From assembly GCA_944390315.1 (NCBI GenBank), contig CALXPO010000025.1, positions 73,286 through 137,285 on the forward strand: DNA of 64,000 nt, in the 5' to 3' direction. The position numbers and the translations under genes are program-made. This document shows positions 30,649 to 39,633 of this stretch, piece by piece. Within the stretch, counting starts at the first letter, position 1, and each line of letters begins with the position of its first letter. The notes below the pieces were generated by a model that was given only the letters and a program-made list of their open reading frames with translations, was not told the DNA's origin and searched no databases. The DNA comes from an uncultured Alphaproteobacteria bacterium. Lineage in GTDB: Bacteria; Pseudomonadota; Alphaproteobacteria; RF32; CAG-239.

Positions 30649-30930
30649 ATGGACAATTTAAAAGATCAACTCAAGGTCGCAAGTGAAAGTGAACTGGTAG
30701 CCCTTGTCAACAACGTGACTGAACAACTCAGAAGTGGTCGCTATCGTAAAGTGGAAGTTCAGCGTGATGTTATCACGGTTCTCTCTCAACGTAAGCCCCG
30801 AGTTTGTGCCGCTACTCGCAGTGCATACCAATCGTTTATATACAACGTATGCGGAGTGGCTGCAAAAAATCAGGATGTATTGAAAAGAGCCAAGAACTTC
30901 GCTCGAGCCAATGGTCTTGACTGGAAATAG
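30649..30930 (+). CDS. Hypothetical protein (orphan)
   Basis: 93-aa ORF in an AT-rich stretch, 38 nt upstream of the next orphan ORF. Confidence 0.4.
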   Translation: MDNLKDQLKVASESELVALVNNVTEQLRSGRYRKVEVQRDVITVLSQRKPRVCAATRSAYQSFIYNVCGVAAKNQDVLKRAKNFARANGLDWK

Positions 30931-30968
30931 AAAAATGTCTAATCACCCGATGGGTACTAAAATCAAAA

Positions 30969-31712
30969 TTGATGGCTAGAAAATTTACTCAAGAAGAGAA
31001 AGAAATTCTCCGTATGGAATGGCGTCGACGCAACCCAGAAGAAGCAGCAAGACGCGAAGCCAAAAAAAATGCAGCCGAACAAGAAAGGTTGCGCAAGGAA
31101 AACGAAGAAATAGAACAAGAAAACTATTGCTTTTCCGCGCTCCCCAGAGATGAAAAGGCTGTAGAAGCGTATCGCAAAAAAATCAGCGGGTTATTGGAAC
31201 ATATTACCTTGAAAAGAGAGCAATATGTTCAGGATCGAAATTTGGAAGCCTCAAGGCTCTCAAACGATGTCCGAAAAGATTTCATAGCTTACGTCAGTCG
31301 TAACTATGACGGACATAACCAAGCTATCGCCGGCGTTATCTGCGCTTTATTGGTCGAGGGTCTACGATATCCTGACAAAGAGTTGAATTCCTTTTCTTTC
31401 AACTTTTTGAAGGATAGGGAGATTGAAAATCCGAACTGGATATTGTGGATATCAATCTGGAGTATGGAATTTGTGCCGTTGGATGCGGTACGTTTAATGC
31501 TCAAGATGGAAAACGGCAGTTTTCAGGCTATTGATACTTTCAGAGATTTAATGAGAATCGTAGCTCCAAAGGTATTATGGCATCTCGAACAAGAGTACAA
31601 AAGGCTGGAATGGTCAAAGAAAATTGATGATCCGGTTATCCGTGAAAGAGAAATAGCGAGAAAAACAAAAAGAATCTCCTATTTCAAAGCGCTGATTAAA
31701 GCGTACGAATAA
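30969..31712 (+). CDS. Hypothetical protein with a highly charged coiled-coil N-terminus (orphan)
   Basis: 247 aa beginning KFTQEEKEILRMEWRRRNPEEAARREAKKNAAEQERLRKENEEIEQE, with a Trp-rich hydrophobic patch (WILWISIWSMEF). Followed by a strong terminator. Confidence 0.45.
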   Translation: MMARKFTQEEKEILRMEWRRRNPEEAARREAKKNAAEQERLRKENEEIEQENYCFSALPRDEKAVEAYRKKISGLLEHITLKREQYVQDRNLEASRLSNDVRKDFIAYVSRNYDGHNQAIAGVICALLVEGLRYPDKELNSFSFNFLKDREIENPNWILWISIWSMEFVPLDAVRLMLKMENGSFQAIDTFRDLMRIVAPKVLWHLEQEYKRLEWSKKIDDPVIREREIARKTKRISYFKALIKAYE

Positions 31713-31721
31713 AAAGCCTAA

Positions 31722-31765
31722 AATGAAAAAAACGCCTTCTTTATGAAGACGTTTTTTTCATTTTA
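31722..31765 (+). terminator. Rho-independent terminator
   Basis: gaaaaaaacgccttc-tttatgaag-acgtttttttc followed by attttaaaag. Confidence 0.6.
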
Positions 31766-31922
31766 AAAGATTGTTGCGATATGAATTTTTTTTGAAACTC
31801 CGATACAGATATTAACTCACAATTTTTTGTGTTTAATATATAAAAAATAACTTGTCTAACACTTAAAAATCGTTCACAATAAGCAAAATTTAAAAAATTT
31901 GGTAGAATGATTGATATGAAGA

Positions 31923-33011
31923 ATGCAAAAATATAAAAGATACAGCCGCGGCGGGAAAGAAAAAGATAATAATTCCGTCCGTAATTATGCGGCTATAGAT
32001 TTGGGAACAAATTCCTGCCGTTTGGTGATTGCTTCTCCGACCCAAACATCTTTTCATATCATAGAAACATTTTCCCGTATAACCCGTTTGGGAGAGGGAA
32101 TTATAAAAGACAATAAACTGAGTCGAGAAGCAAGCCGCAGAACAATCAGGGCTTTAAAAATTTGTTCCGAAATCATAAGCGAATACGCCCCCATATACCG
32201 TGCACGTTTTGTGGCAACGGCTGCCTGTCGTCGTGCGAAAAACTGTAAGGATTTTGTGACAGAAGTTAAAAAACAAACAGGTTTGAATTTGGAGATAATT
32301 TCCTCTCAGGAAGAATCCCGTTTAGCGGTTATCGGTTGTATGCCGCTTTTAAAACGTAATATCAAAAGAGCCTTAGTCTTTGATATCGGCGGCGGTTCAA
32401 CCGAAATATCTCTGGCCAGAATGACGGTAAGCGGGAAAGCCTTTATTGAAGGATATGTTTCTTTGCCTTACGGCGTCGTTACGGTTTCAGAGGCTTTTCC
32501 CAATACGGATATGACCAATTTGGCCTATAACACAATCATAGAACGTACTGACAGTATATTAGCCGCATTTGAGGAAAAATATAAAATCAGCGAAGCTATT
32601 GAAAAAGGTGAAATACAGGTGATAGGAACTTCCGGAACGGTAACGGTTTTGGGAGCTATCCAACTCAATCTGAAACGCTATAATCGCTCGGCCGTTGACG
32701 GTATAATTATGTCGGCAAACGATGTAAAACATGCCATTACCAAAATTCGCCGTATGGGCGACGAAGGTCGAAAAAAACATCCTTGCATCGGTCCGTTGAA
32801 AGCAGATTTGACAATTGCCGGTTGCGCAATTATTGAAGCTATCTCGTCGTTTTGGCCGATAAAAGAAATTACCGTGGCCGATAGAGGCATCAGAGAAGGA
32901 ATTTTGCTTGATATGATGCATAATCATAAAAAATTTCGTCATCATTTGTTCAAACATTCAAAATATAAGAGAGTTAATAAAGATGGAAAAGCAAGCTCTG
33001 GCAGCCATTGA
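31923..33011 (+). CDS. Ppx/GppA-family phosphatase (exopolyphosphatase / pppGpp phosphohydrolase), paralog 1
   Basis: AAIDLGTNSCRLVIA (ASKHA phosphate-1 motif) and VFDIGGGSTEISL. 362 aa with no C-terminal HD-like extension. Confidence 0.7.
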   Translation: MQKYKRYSRGGKEKDNNSVRNYAAIDLGTNSCRLVIASPTQTSFHIIETFSRITRLGEGIIKDNKLSREASRRTIRALKICSEIISEYAPIYRARFVATAACRRAKNCKDFVTEVKKQTGLNLEIISSQEESRLAVIGCMPLLKRNIKRALVFDIGGGSTEISLARMTVSGKAFIEGYVSLPYGVVTVSEAFPNTDMTNLAYNTIIERTDSILAAFEEKYKISEAIEKGEIQVIGTSGTVTVLGAIQLNLKRYNRSAVDGIIMSANDVKHAITKIRRMGDEGRKKHPCIGPLKADLTIAGCAIIEAISSFWPIKEITVADRGIREGILLDMMHNHKKFRHHLFKHSKYKRVNKDGKASSGSH

Positions 33012-33918
33012 TTTAGGGACCAATTCCTGTCGTTTATTAATAACCGATTTGGACGGTAACAAACTGTATAAAGATGCCGTTTCTACACGCATGGGCGAAA
33101 ATATGAGTTTAGCAAATTGTTTTACTCAAGAAGCCATAAAAAGAGGAATAGATTGCTTTTGTGCTTTTCGTAAAAAAATGGATGAATACAATATTGTTCG
33201 ATATCGTGCTATTGCCACGGCAGCTTGCCGCATGGCTAAAAACGGAAAAGATTTTGTTGCCTTAGTCAAAGAAAAATCCGGGATTAATCTTGAAGTCATA
33301 GATGGTTATCAAGAGGCGGTTTTGAATTTGAAAGGCGCAATGTTGAACCTTAAGCAAGAAGCGGCTGATTATGTACTGGTTTATGATTTGGGCGGCGGTT
33401 CAACCGAAATAACGCTTGCCACAAATGAGCAAAACCCGCAAATAATCCATACAATTTCCATTCCCTGGGGTGCACGCAACTCAAGTGAAAAGTTTGGATT
33501 GAAGGAATATAATGCTTCGGCGGCAGAGAAACTGTATAAAGAAATTGCCGGTCATGTTCATCAGTTTATAAAAGATTCCGGCTGGGAAAAATATAAAAAT
33601 CAAACTCGTGTTGTTGCAACTTCAAGTACACCGTTAAGATTGGCACACATTGCTTTTGGTTGGAAAACCTATGATCGTACCCGTGCCGACGGCTTAAAGA
33701 TTAAAACCGTAGATTATGATAAAGCAATTGCCAAAGTTAAACAAATGTCTTGTGGCGAAATGGCCAAAGATGAATGCGTCGGTGCTCACCGTGCCGATAT
33801 TTTTCAGGCTGCCGGTGTCATCTTTTCATGCATATACAAGGAACTCGGCGTAAAAGAAATCATCGCTTCGTTTAAGAGCGCGGTTGACGGTATTATCGGA
33901 GAGTTGAAAAATGAGTAA
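32983..33918 (+). CDS. Ppx/GppA-family phosphatase, paralog 2
   Basis: AAIDLGTNSCRLLITD and VYDLGGGSTEITLA. 311 aa. Overlaps paralog 1 by 29 nt and rlmE by 8 nt. Confidence 0.7.
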   Translation: MEKQALAAIDLGTNSCRLLITDLDGNKLYKDAVSTRMGENMSLANCFTQEAIKRGIDCFCAFRKKMDEYNIVRYRAIATAACRMAKNGKDFVALVKEKSGINLEVIDGYQEAVLNLKGAMLNLKQEAADYVLVYDLGGGSTEITLATNEQNPQIIHTISIPWGARNSSEKFGLKEYNASAAEKLYKEIAGHVHQFIKDSGWEKYKNQTRVVATSSTPLRLAHIAFGWKTYDRTRADGLKIKTVDYDKAIAKVKQMSCGEMAKDECVGAHRADIFQAAGVIFSCIYKELGVKEIIASFKSAVDGIIGELKNE

Positions 33919-34609
33919 AACAGCATCGGCAAAAGCGGTAAGCGGTAAAAGAAGTCTGACGGTCAGAGTTAAAACCGCCAAATACCGCTCTAAGTCTTCT
34001 AATAAATGGTTGGAGCGACAACTTAACGATCCGTATGTTGCCGAAGCCAAACGTTTGGGTTATCGTTCACGGGCGGCGTTTAAACTGATTCAACTTGATG
34101 AAAAATACAAATTTTTAGGTAAAGGAAAAACTATTGTCGACTTAGGTTGTGCTCCGGGGGGGTGGACACAAATTGCAGTTTTACGCAACAAAGGCAGTGG
34201 TCAGGTTATCGGATTAGATATTTTACCAACCGAACCGATTGCCGGAGCCACGTTGATTCAGCAAGATTTTACGACCGAAGACGCTGCCGACAAACTTAAA
34301 CAACTCTTAAACGGTAAAGCCGATATTGTTATGAGCGATATGGCTGCCAACACCATCGGACACCAGCAAACCGACCATTTAAGAACGATTGCTTTGGTGG
34401 AATTGGCCTACGAATTTGCCAAAGATGTTTTGGCTGAAGGCGGTATATTTATAGCCAAAGTTTTTAAGGGCGGAGCAGAAGCCGGATTTTTAGCCGAAGT
34501 TAAGAAAAATTTTGCCAAAGTATCTCACTGCAAACCCGATGCCAGTCGCAAGGCTTCTCCCGAAGAATATTTGGTTGCCGTCGGATTTCGCGGCAACTCG
34601 CAAGAGTAG
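33911..34609 (+). CDS. rlmE: 23S rRNA (uridine2552-2'-O)-methyltransferase RlmE (FtsJ/RrmJ)
   Basis: YRSRAAFKLIQLDEKYKFLGKGKTIVDLGCAPGGWTQ...DMAANTIG. Confidence 0.85.
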   Translation: MSKTASAKAVSGKRSLTVRVKTAKYRSKSSNKWLERQLNDPYVAEAKRLGYRSRAAFKLIQLDEKYKFLGKGKTIVDLGCAPGGWTQIAVLRNKGSGQVIGLDILPTEPIAGATLIQQDFTTEDAADKLKQLLNGKADIVMSDMAANTIGHQQTDHLRTIALVELAYEFAKDVLAEGGIFIAKVFKGGAEAGFLAEVKKNFAKVSHCKPDASRKASPEEYLVAVGFRGNSQE

Positions 34610-34619
34610 GGGCATTGTA

Positions 34620-35831
34620 ATGAAAATATCCGCTCGCTATAAAGCAATTTTAGATTTAATGACCATAATTTTTGCCGACAAAGAGCCGGCAGATAATATC
34701 ATTAACAATTATTTTCGCGAAAGACGCTTTATCGGTTCGGGTGATCGTCGCTTTATCAGTGAAAAAATTTGGGATATTATTCGCCACCGCCGAAGGTTGA
34801 CTTTTGCGGCGCAAAGTGAAGATTGCCGCAAATTATTGGCCGTTTACGTGAAAGATGAAAATTCGGAAGAAATATTTGACGGCAGTGAGTACGGTTTGCC
34901 TCTGCTCAGTTTTGAAGAAAAAGAAGAATTACAAAACTTAAATGATAAACCTTATCCGCCGGCGGTTGAATCTGAGTGTCCCGATTGGTTGTTTGATAAA
35001 ATTCAAAATGTTGATTTATGTAAAAGTCTGAACACTACGGCTACTGCCGATTTTAGAGTCAATAGAGGTAATCGGGAAACCGCTGCCGAACATTTGAAGC
35101 AAGAGGGATTTGATGTCGATTTTACACCTTATTCCCCAATCGGACTTCGCGCCAAAACGCGTATCAATTTAAATAATTGTGTTGCTTATCAAGACGGGAT
35201 TATCGAAGTTCAGGACGAAGCCTCGCAAATAGCGGCCCTGTTGTGTGATGTTTCTGCTCAGGATAAAGTTATAGATTATTGCTGCGGCGCCGGCGGCAAA
35301 TCTTTGGCCATAGCTTCGCTTTTACACGGCAAAGGAATGATTGAGGCGCATGATATCAATCGTAAACGTTTGGAACAACTCAAACCGAGAATGCAACGAT
35401 TACAAATAACTAACATTAAAACCATAGAATGGGTTAACGAACAAGCTCAATACACACGTTTTATTATTGATGCCCCTTGTTCGGGAACAGGAACATGGCG
35501 CCGAGCTCCCGATGCAAAATACCGTTTAAGTGAGCTCAAACTTGATGAGTTAGTTCATACCCAAACTGAAATTTTGGATATTGCTTATCGACATACCGCC
35601 ATCGGGGGAAGAATAATTTATATTACCTGCTCAATTCTTGATGATGAAAATGGTCATCAAATTGAACATTTTTTGAAAAAATATCCTGACATGCAGCTGT
35701 TGGACATGCCCAAGCTATGGCAAAGTAAAATCAATCAGCCCTGGCCGTGCGGTCATCTGCCTTGGTTGCAACTCAATCCGATAATCAGCAATACGGACGG
35801 TTTTTTTGTGGCTGTTATGAAAAAGTGTTAA
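34620..35831 (+). CDS. RsmB/NOP-family class I SAM-dependent RNA m5C methyltransferase
   Basis: VIDYCCGAGGKS (SAM-binding) and IIDAPCSGTGTWRRAPDAKYR (catalytic Cys motif). Start MKISARYKA at 34620 (track ORF begins at 34512 inside rlmE). Confidence 0.75.
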   Translation: MKISARYKAILDLMTIIFADKEPADNIINNYFRERRFIGSGDRRFISEKIWDIIRHRRRLTFAAQSEDCRKLLAVYVKDENSEEIFDGSEYGLPLLSFEEKEELQNLNDKPYPPAVESECPDWLFDKIQNVDLCKSLNTTATADFRVNRGNRETAAEHLKQEGFDVDFTPYSPIGLRAKTRINLNNCVAYQDGIIEVQDEASQIAALLCDVSAQDKVIDYCCGAGGKSLAIASLLHGKGMIEAHDINRKRLEQLKPRMQRLQITNIKTIEWVNEQAQYTRFIIDAPCSGTGTWRRAPDAKYRLSELKLDELVHTQTEILDIAYRHTAIGGRIIYITCSILDDENGHQIEHFLKKYPDMQLLDMPKLWQSKINQPWPCGHLPWLQLNPIISNTDGFFVAVMKKC

Positions 35832-35950
35832 TTCTTTTCGTTTTACTAAAAAAAGTGAAAATTTTTAACAGAAAATGCACAATGTATTAAAAAAAGACTT
35901 GATTATTTTTGCAAAACAGGGTATGTCTGCACTGTCTTTATGAGGTTAGC

Positions 35951-36036
35951 GCGCCTGTGGCGAAATTGGTAAACGCGTAACGTTGAGGTCGTTATGAGCT
36001 AAGCTCTTGGAAGTTCAAGTCTTCTCAGGCGCACCA
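35951..36036 (+). tRNA. tRNA-Leu (anticodon GAG), type II with a long variable arm
   Basis: GCGCCTG-TG-GCG-AAATTGGTAAA-CGC-G-TAACG-TTGAGGT-CGTTA-TGAGCTAAGCTCTT-GGAAG-TTCAAGT-CTTCT-CAGGCGC-A-CCA. Confidence 0.8.
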
Positions 36037-36078
36037 ATCATAAAAATATCTTATCAATTCATAAAGAGGAGGTTGTTG

Positions 36079-37515
36079 ATGAAAAGAAAAAACAAAAAAC
36101 ACCATGCCTTCTCAAAAAAGAAACTCCCCGTATTTTCTTCATCTCAAACTCTGGAATCCAAAGATAACTACTTGGGTCTGGGACCAAAGTTTGTTAACTC
36201 AATCGTTATTGGGTTAAATGAAGGAGATGATATCCACGTTAAGAAAATCATTGAAGGGCTTGATGAATATGATTTGGCTCGGTTGATTGAGGTTTTGGAT
36301 ATCCATCACCGGATGAAATTAGTCAAACTTTTGGGTGATAAAATCGATCCTGCCGTTTTTCCGGAATTAAACGAGGTTGTTCAAGAGCAAGTCTTAGATA
36401 CTTTGGACGAAAATCAAATCGTCAAAATTGTCAATGAACTCGATTCTGATGACGCCGTCGAACTTTTGGAAAATATGAATGATGATGAACAAGAACAAAT
36501 CATCAATCAGTTGGATCCAAAACTTAAATATCAAGTCAAAACTTCTTTGAACTATCCGGAAGATTCCGCCGGTCGTATTATGTCGCGGGATTTTGTGAGT
36601 ATTCCGGATAATTGGACAGTTAAAGAGGCTCGACAATATCTGCTCAATAATGATGAACTGCCCGATGAATTTTATACTATTTTCTTGGTCGACGAAAAAA
36701 CTCTTAAACCTACCGGAGAAATTGCTCTGGATAAACTCTTGCGGGCAAAACCAAACGAAAAATTGAGCAATATTATGGATGGAGAAATCGTTCCTGTCGA
36801 CGTGTATACCGACCAAGAGGAAGTTGCTCATATGTTTCGTGAATATGGCTGGATGTCGGCAATGGTCGTCGATAATAAAGGTCGTCTTATCGGCGTGATT
36901 AATATTGATGATGTTGTCGAAATTGTTCATGAAGAAACTAACGAAGATATTATGCTTTTGAGCGGTGCCGAAAGCAATGATGTCTATCGTTCGGTTTTCA
37001 GCATATTTAAGTCGCGTTCCATATGGTTGATTACCAACTTGTTTGCAACAATTGCGGCTGCCTCCGTTGTCGGCGAATTTCAAGACATTATTGCACAATT
37101 ATCAATATTGGCAGTCTTAATGCCGATTGTGGCCTCAATGGGAGGAACAACGGGACAACAAACTTTAGCCGTCGTCGTACGCTCGCTCGCGACCAAAGAA
37201 CTTAATCCCAGAAATGCTTTGCGAATGATAGGAAAGGAATTTTTGGTCGGATTATGCAACGGCTTGCTGTTTGCCGTCATGATTGGCGTGGCTGTTCATA
37301 TCTGGTTTCCTGAACAAAAAATGATAAGTTATATCATAGGCTTGGCTATGCTGTGTAATTTGACGGTAGCCAGTCTCGCCGGCATTTTGATACCTTTGAC
37401 GTTAAACCGCTTAAAAATCGATCCGGCTATTGCTTCCGGCGTGTTCCTGATAGCTTGTACAGATTCTGGGGGATATTTTATATTTCTGGGGTTAGCCAAG
37501 CTGTTGCTTTTCTAA
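36079..37515 (+). CDS. mgtE: Magnesium transporter MgtE
   Basis: MgtE N-domain, tandem CBS-like region, and a C-terminal five-TM pore. Strong RBS aaagaggagg before the ATG at 36079. The track ORF's N-terminus overlaps tRNA-Leu and was trimmed. Confidence 0.8.
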   Translation: MKRKNKKHHAFSKKKLPVFSSSQTLESKDNYLGLGPKFVNSIVIGLNEGDDIHVKKIIEGLDEYDLARLIEVLDIHHRMKLVKLLGDKIDPAVFPELNEVVQEQVLDTLDENQIVKIVNELDSDDAVELLENMNDDEQEQIINQLDPKLKYQVKTSLNYPEDSAGRIMSRDFVSIPDNWTVKEARQYLLNNDELPDEFYTIFLVDEKTLKPTGEIALDKLLRAKPNEKLSNIMDGEIVPVDVYTDQEEVAHMFREYGWMSAMVVDNKGRLIGVINIDDVVEIVHEETNEDIMLLSGAESNDVYRSVFSIFKSRSIWLITNLFATIAAASVVGEFQDIIAQLSILAVLMPIVASMGGTTGQQTLAVVVRSLATKELNPRNALRMIGKEFLVGLCNGLLFAVMIGVAVHIWFPEQKMISYIIGLAMLCNLTVASLAGILIPLTLNRLKIDPAIASGVFLIACTDSGGYFIFLGLAKLLLF

Positions 37516-37559
37516 AATCTTTGCATAGTTTACATATTAGACTTTTTTTAAGTCGGTAA

Positions 37560-38081
37560 ATGTGTTTTAATATGGCTAAATTGAATATAATCAAAGGGGA
37601 GATAAATTTGATAATCGGAATTCTTGTAGCAGTCGGCGTTTTAATATGTGATCAGCTGACAAAATATGCTATTATGAACTATGTCTTAGACAATCAATTG
37701 ATACTTGAAATAAGCTCTTTTTTTAATTTGGTTTATGCATGGAATACGGGTGTTAGCTTTTCCATGTTTAATGATTCCGGTACAATCGGTACAATTTTGT
37801 TGTGTCTTGTGGCCTCAGCCATCGTCATTGCTCTGCTGTGGTGGATGTATAAAGAAAAAAATCTCATCGACCGTATTGGTTTGGGCTTGATTGTCGGCGG
37901 AGCTTTGGGCAATATTGTTGACCGCATTCGCTATGGAGCCGTTTTTGACTTCTTGGATTTTCATCTCGGCATCCATCATTGGCCCGCTTTCAATCTTGCG
38001 GACAGTTGCATTTGTATCGGTGCCGCAATTATAATTATTCACAGTTTAGTCTATCCCGAAAAAAAAAGAAATAAGGAGTAA
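37560..38081 (+). CDS. lspA: Lipoprotein signal peptidase (signal peptidase II)
   Basis: NTGVSFSMF, DRIRYGAVFDFLDF and WPAFNLADSCI conserved blocks. Confidence 0.85.
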   Translation: MCFNMAKLNIIKGEINLIIGILVAVGVLICDQLTKYAIMNYVLDNQLILEISSFFNLVYAWNTGVSFSMFNDSGTIGTILLCLVASAIVIALLWWMYKEKNLIDRIGLGLIVGGALGNIVDRIRYGAVFDFLDFHLGIHHWPAFNLADSCICIGAAIIIIHSLVYPEKKRNKE

Positions 38082-38086
38082 GATAA

Positions 38087-38272
38087 ATGAAAAAATTGTT
38101 GTCTTTATTGTTGCTTACGGCAATGTTGACGGCCTGCAACGCGACTAAAGAAGATTTGGGACTGGCCAAAAAAGTACCCGATGCATCTAAAGTTTCGGAA
38201 CAAAAACAATTGTTGCTTCCGCCTAACTATGATTTGCGTCCGGTTGTCCCCATGCAGAAAGCCGATAACTAA
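38087..38272 (+). CDS. Small lipoprotein
   Basis: MKKLLSLLLLTAMLTAC lipobox. 61 aa. Confidence 0.45.
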   Translation: MKKLLSLLLLTAMLTACNATKEDLGLAKKVPDASKVSEQKQLLLPPNYDLRPVVPMQKADN

Positions 38273-38289
38273 ACTAATGGTATAAAAGA

Positions 38290-39633
38290 ATGGAAAAAAA
38301 ATTTAAGGTTTTATGCATATCTGTTCTTTGTTTATTGTTTGCACATTCCGTGCAAGCCAAACTGTTTGATATCAGTGAATATCAACTTTCAAACGGAGCA
38401 ACATTGCTGGTTATTCCCAATCACAAAGCTCCTATCGCCAAACATATGGTTTGGTACAAAATAGGTGCCGTAGACGAAACCGTAGGTAAAGGCGGCAGTG
38501 CCCATTTGTTGGAACATTTAATGTTTCGCGGAACAAAAAAAGTAACAGGAACAGAATTTAATCGTCTAATGCAAATAAATGGCGCCGATAGTAATGCTTT
38601 TACTTCATTTGACTATACGGCGTATCATCAGAATCTTGATATCAGCCGCTTAGAGTTGGCAATGGCTTTGGAAGCCGACCGTATGCAAAATCTTAATTTT
38701 TCAGACGCCGATTTTGTAACCGAACGCGATATTGTCTACCAAGAAAGAAAACAAGTGGTTGAAAACAAGCCTTTGGCTGTTTTCTCTGAAACCATGAAAA
38801 AAATATTATGGCAAAATCATCCCTATGCCAAACCCATTACCGGAACCGAAGAAGAAATTCTTTCTTTGACCAAAGATGACATTATGCAGCTTTATCAGCA
38901 CTATTATGCTCCGGAAAATGCTGTTATTGTCATATCCGGTGATATTGAACCTCAAATTGCATTTGAACTGGCTGAAAAATATTATGGCAAAGTTCCGGCG
39001 CGTACCAGCGCAAAACCCAAATCTTTTCCCACTATAAACGCAAACACAAACGCAAAATTGCGCATGTCTTTACCAAGAGTAGAAATACCGAGACTTATTC
39101 GGACCTATGTTACAGATTCCTATAATACCAATCCCGATAATATTTATGCATTATCAATTCTATCAGCTTATTTGGGGGAGGGTGAAACTTCCGAATTATA
39201 CAAAGAGTTAATTCAGAATCGCAATTTGGCTCTGAGTGTTTCAACTTCTTATGATTATGCTTCCCGCAGCTATGGTACTTTTGACATTGCCGCCGTTCCT
39301 GCTAAAGACGTTTCGATGAAAAAACTTACAGAAAAGCTGGATAAAGTTATCAGAGATGCCGTTTTTACCATAAATGATGAAAAAATTGAACGCGTAAAAA
39401 ACAAAATGTTGGCCGGATTAATCTATCTAAAAGATAATCCCTTTGACGCTGCAAATATTGTCGGTGCACTCTATACAATAGGTATGAGCAAAGAAGATAT
39501 CGAAAATTATGCTGACAGTATTCGCCGGACTACGACTGAACAAGTGCGCCATGCCGCTGAAGAATTGTTGTATAAATCTCCAGTGACAGAAGGTATCGTT
39601 TATCCGATTGATTGGGAGAACAAAGATGAGTAA
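38290..39633 (+). CDS. M16-family zinc peptidase (pitrilysin-like), active subunit
   Basis: Signal peptide, then the inverted zinc motif HLLEHLMFRGT (HxxEH). Confidence 0.85.
   Translation: MEKKFKVLCISVLCLLFAHSVQAKLFDISEYQLSNGATLLVIPNHKAPIAKHMVWYKIGAVDETVGKGGSAHLLEHLMFRGTKKVTGTEFNRLMQINGADSNAFTSFDYTAYHQNLDISRLELAMALEADRMQNLNFSDADFVTERDIVYQERKQVVENKPLAVFSETMKKILWQNHPYAKPITGTEEEILSLTKDDIMQLYQHYYAPENAVIVISGDIEPQIAFELAEKYYGKVPARTSAKPKSFPTINANTNAKLRMSLPRVEIPRLIRTYVTDSYNTNPDNIYALSILSAYLGEGETSELYKELIQNRNLALSVSTSYDYASRSYGTFDIAAVPAKDVSMKKLTEKLDKVIRDAVFTINDEKIERVKNKMLAGLIYLKDNPFDAANIVGALYTIGMSKEDIENYADSIRRTTTEQVRHAAEELLYKSPVTEGIVYPIDWENKDE

Noticed and set aside
36007-36078. Track start of mgtE ORF at 36007
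   Set aside because: It overlaps tRNA-Leu(GAG). A strong RBS precedes the ATG at 36079.
36394-37098. 234-aa minus-strand ORF inside mgtE. There are similar long antisense ORFs inside the MFS gene (27544-28146), trxB (29589-30032), parC (47544-47960), mutL (42707-43084), ppx (32559-32957) and recJ (55580-56023).
   Set aside because: Each is fully embedded antisense within a gene that has clear family motifs on the other strand. Their amino-acid compositions are low-complexity, as expected for shadow frames.
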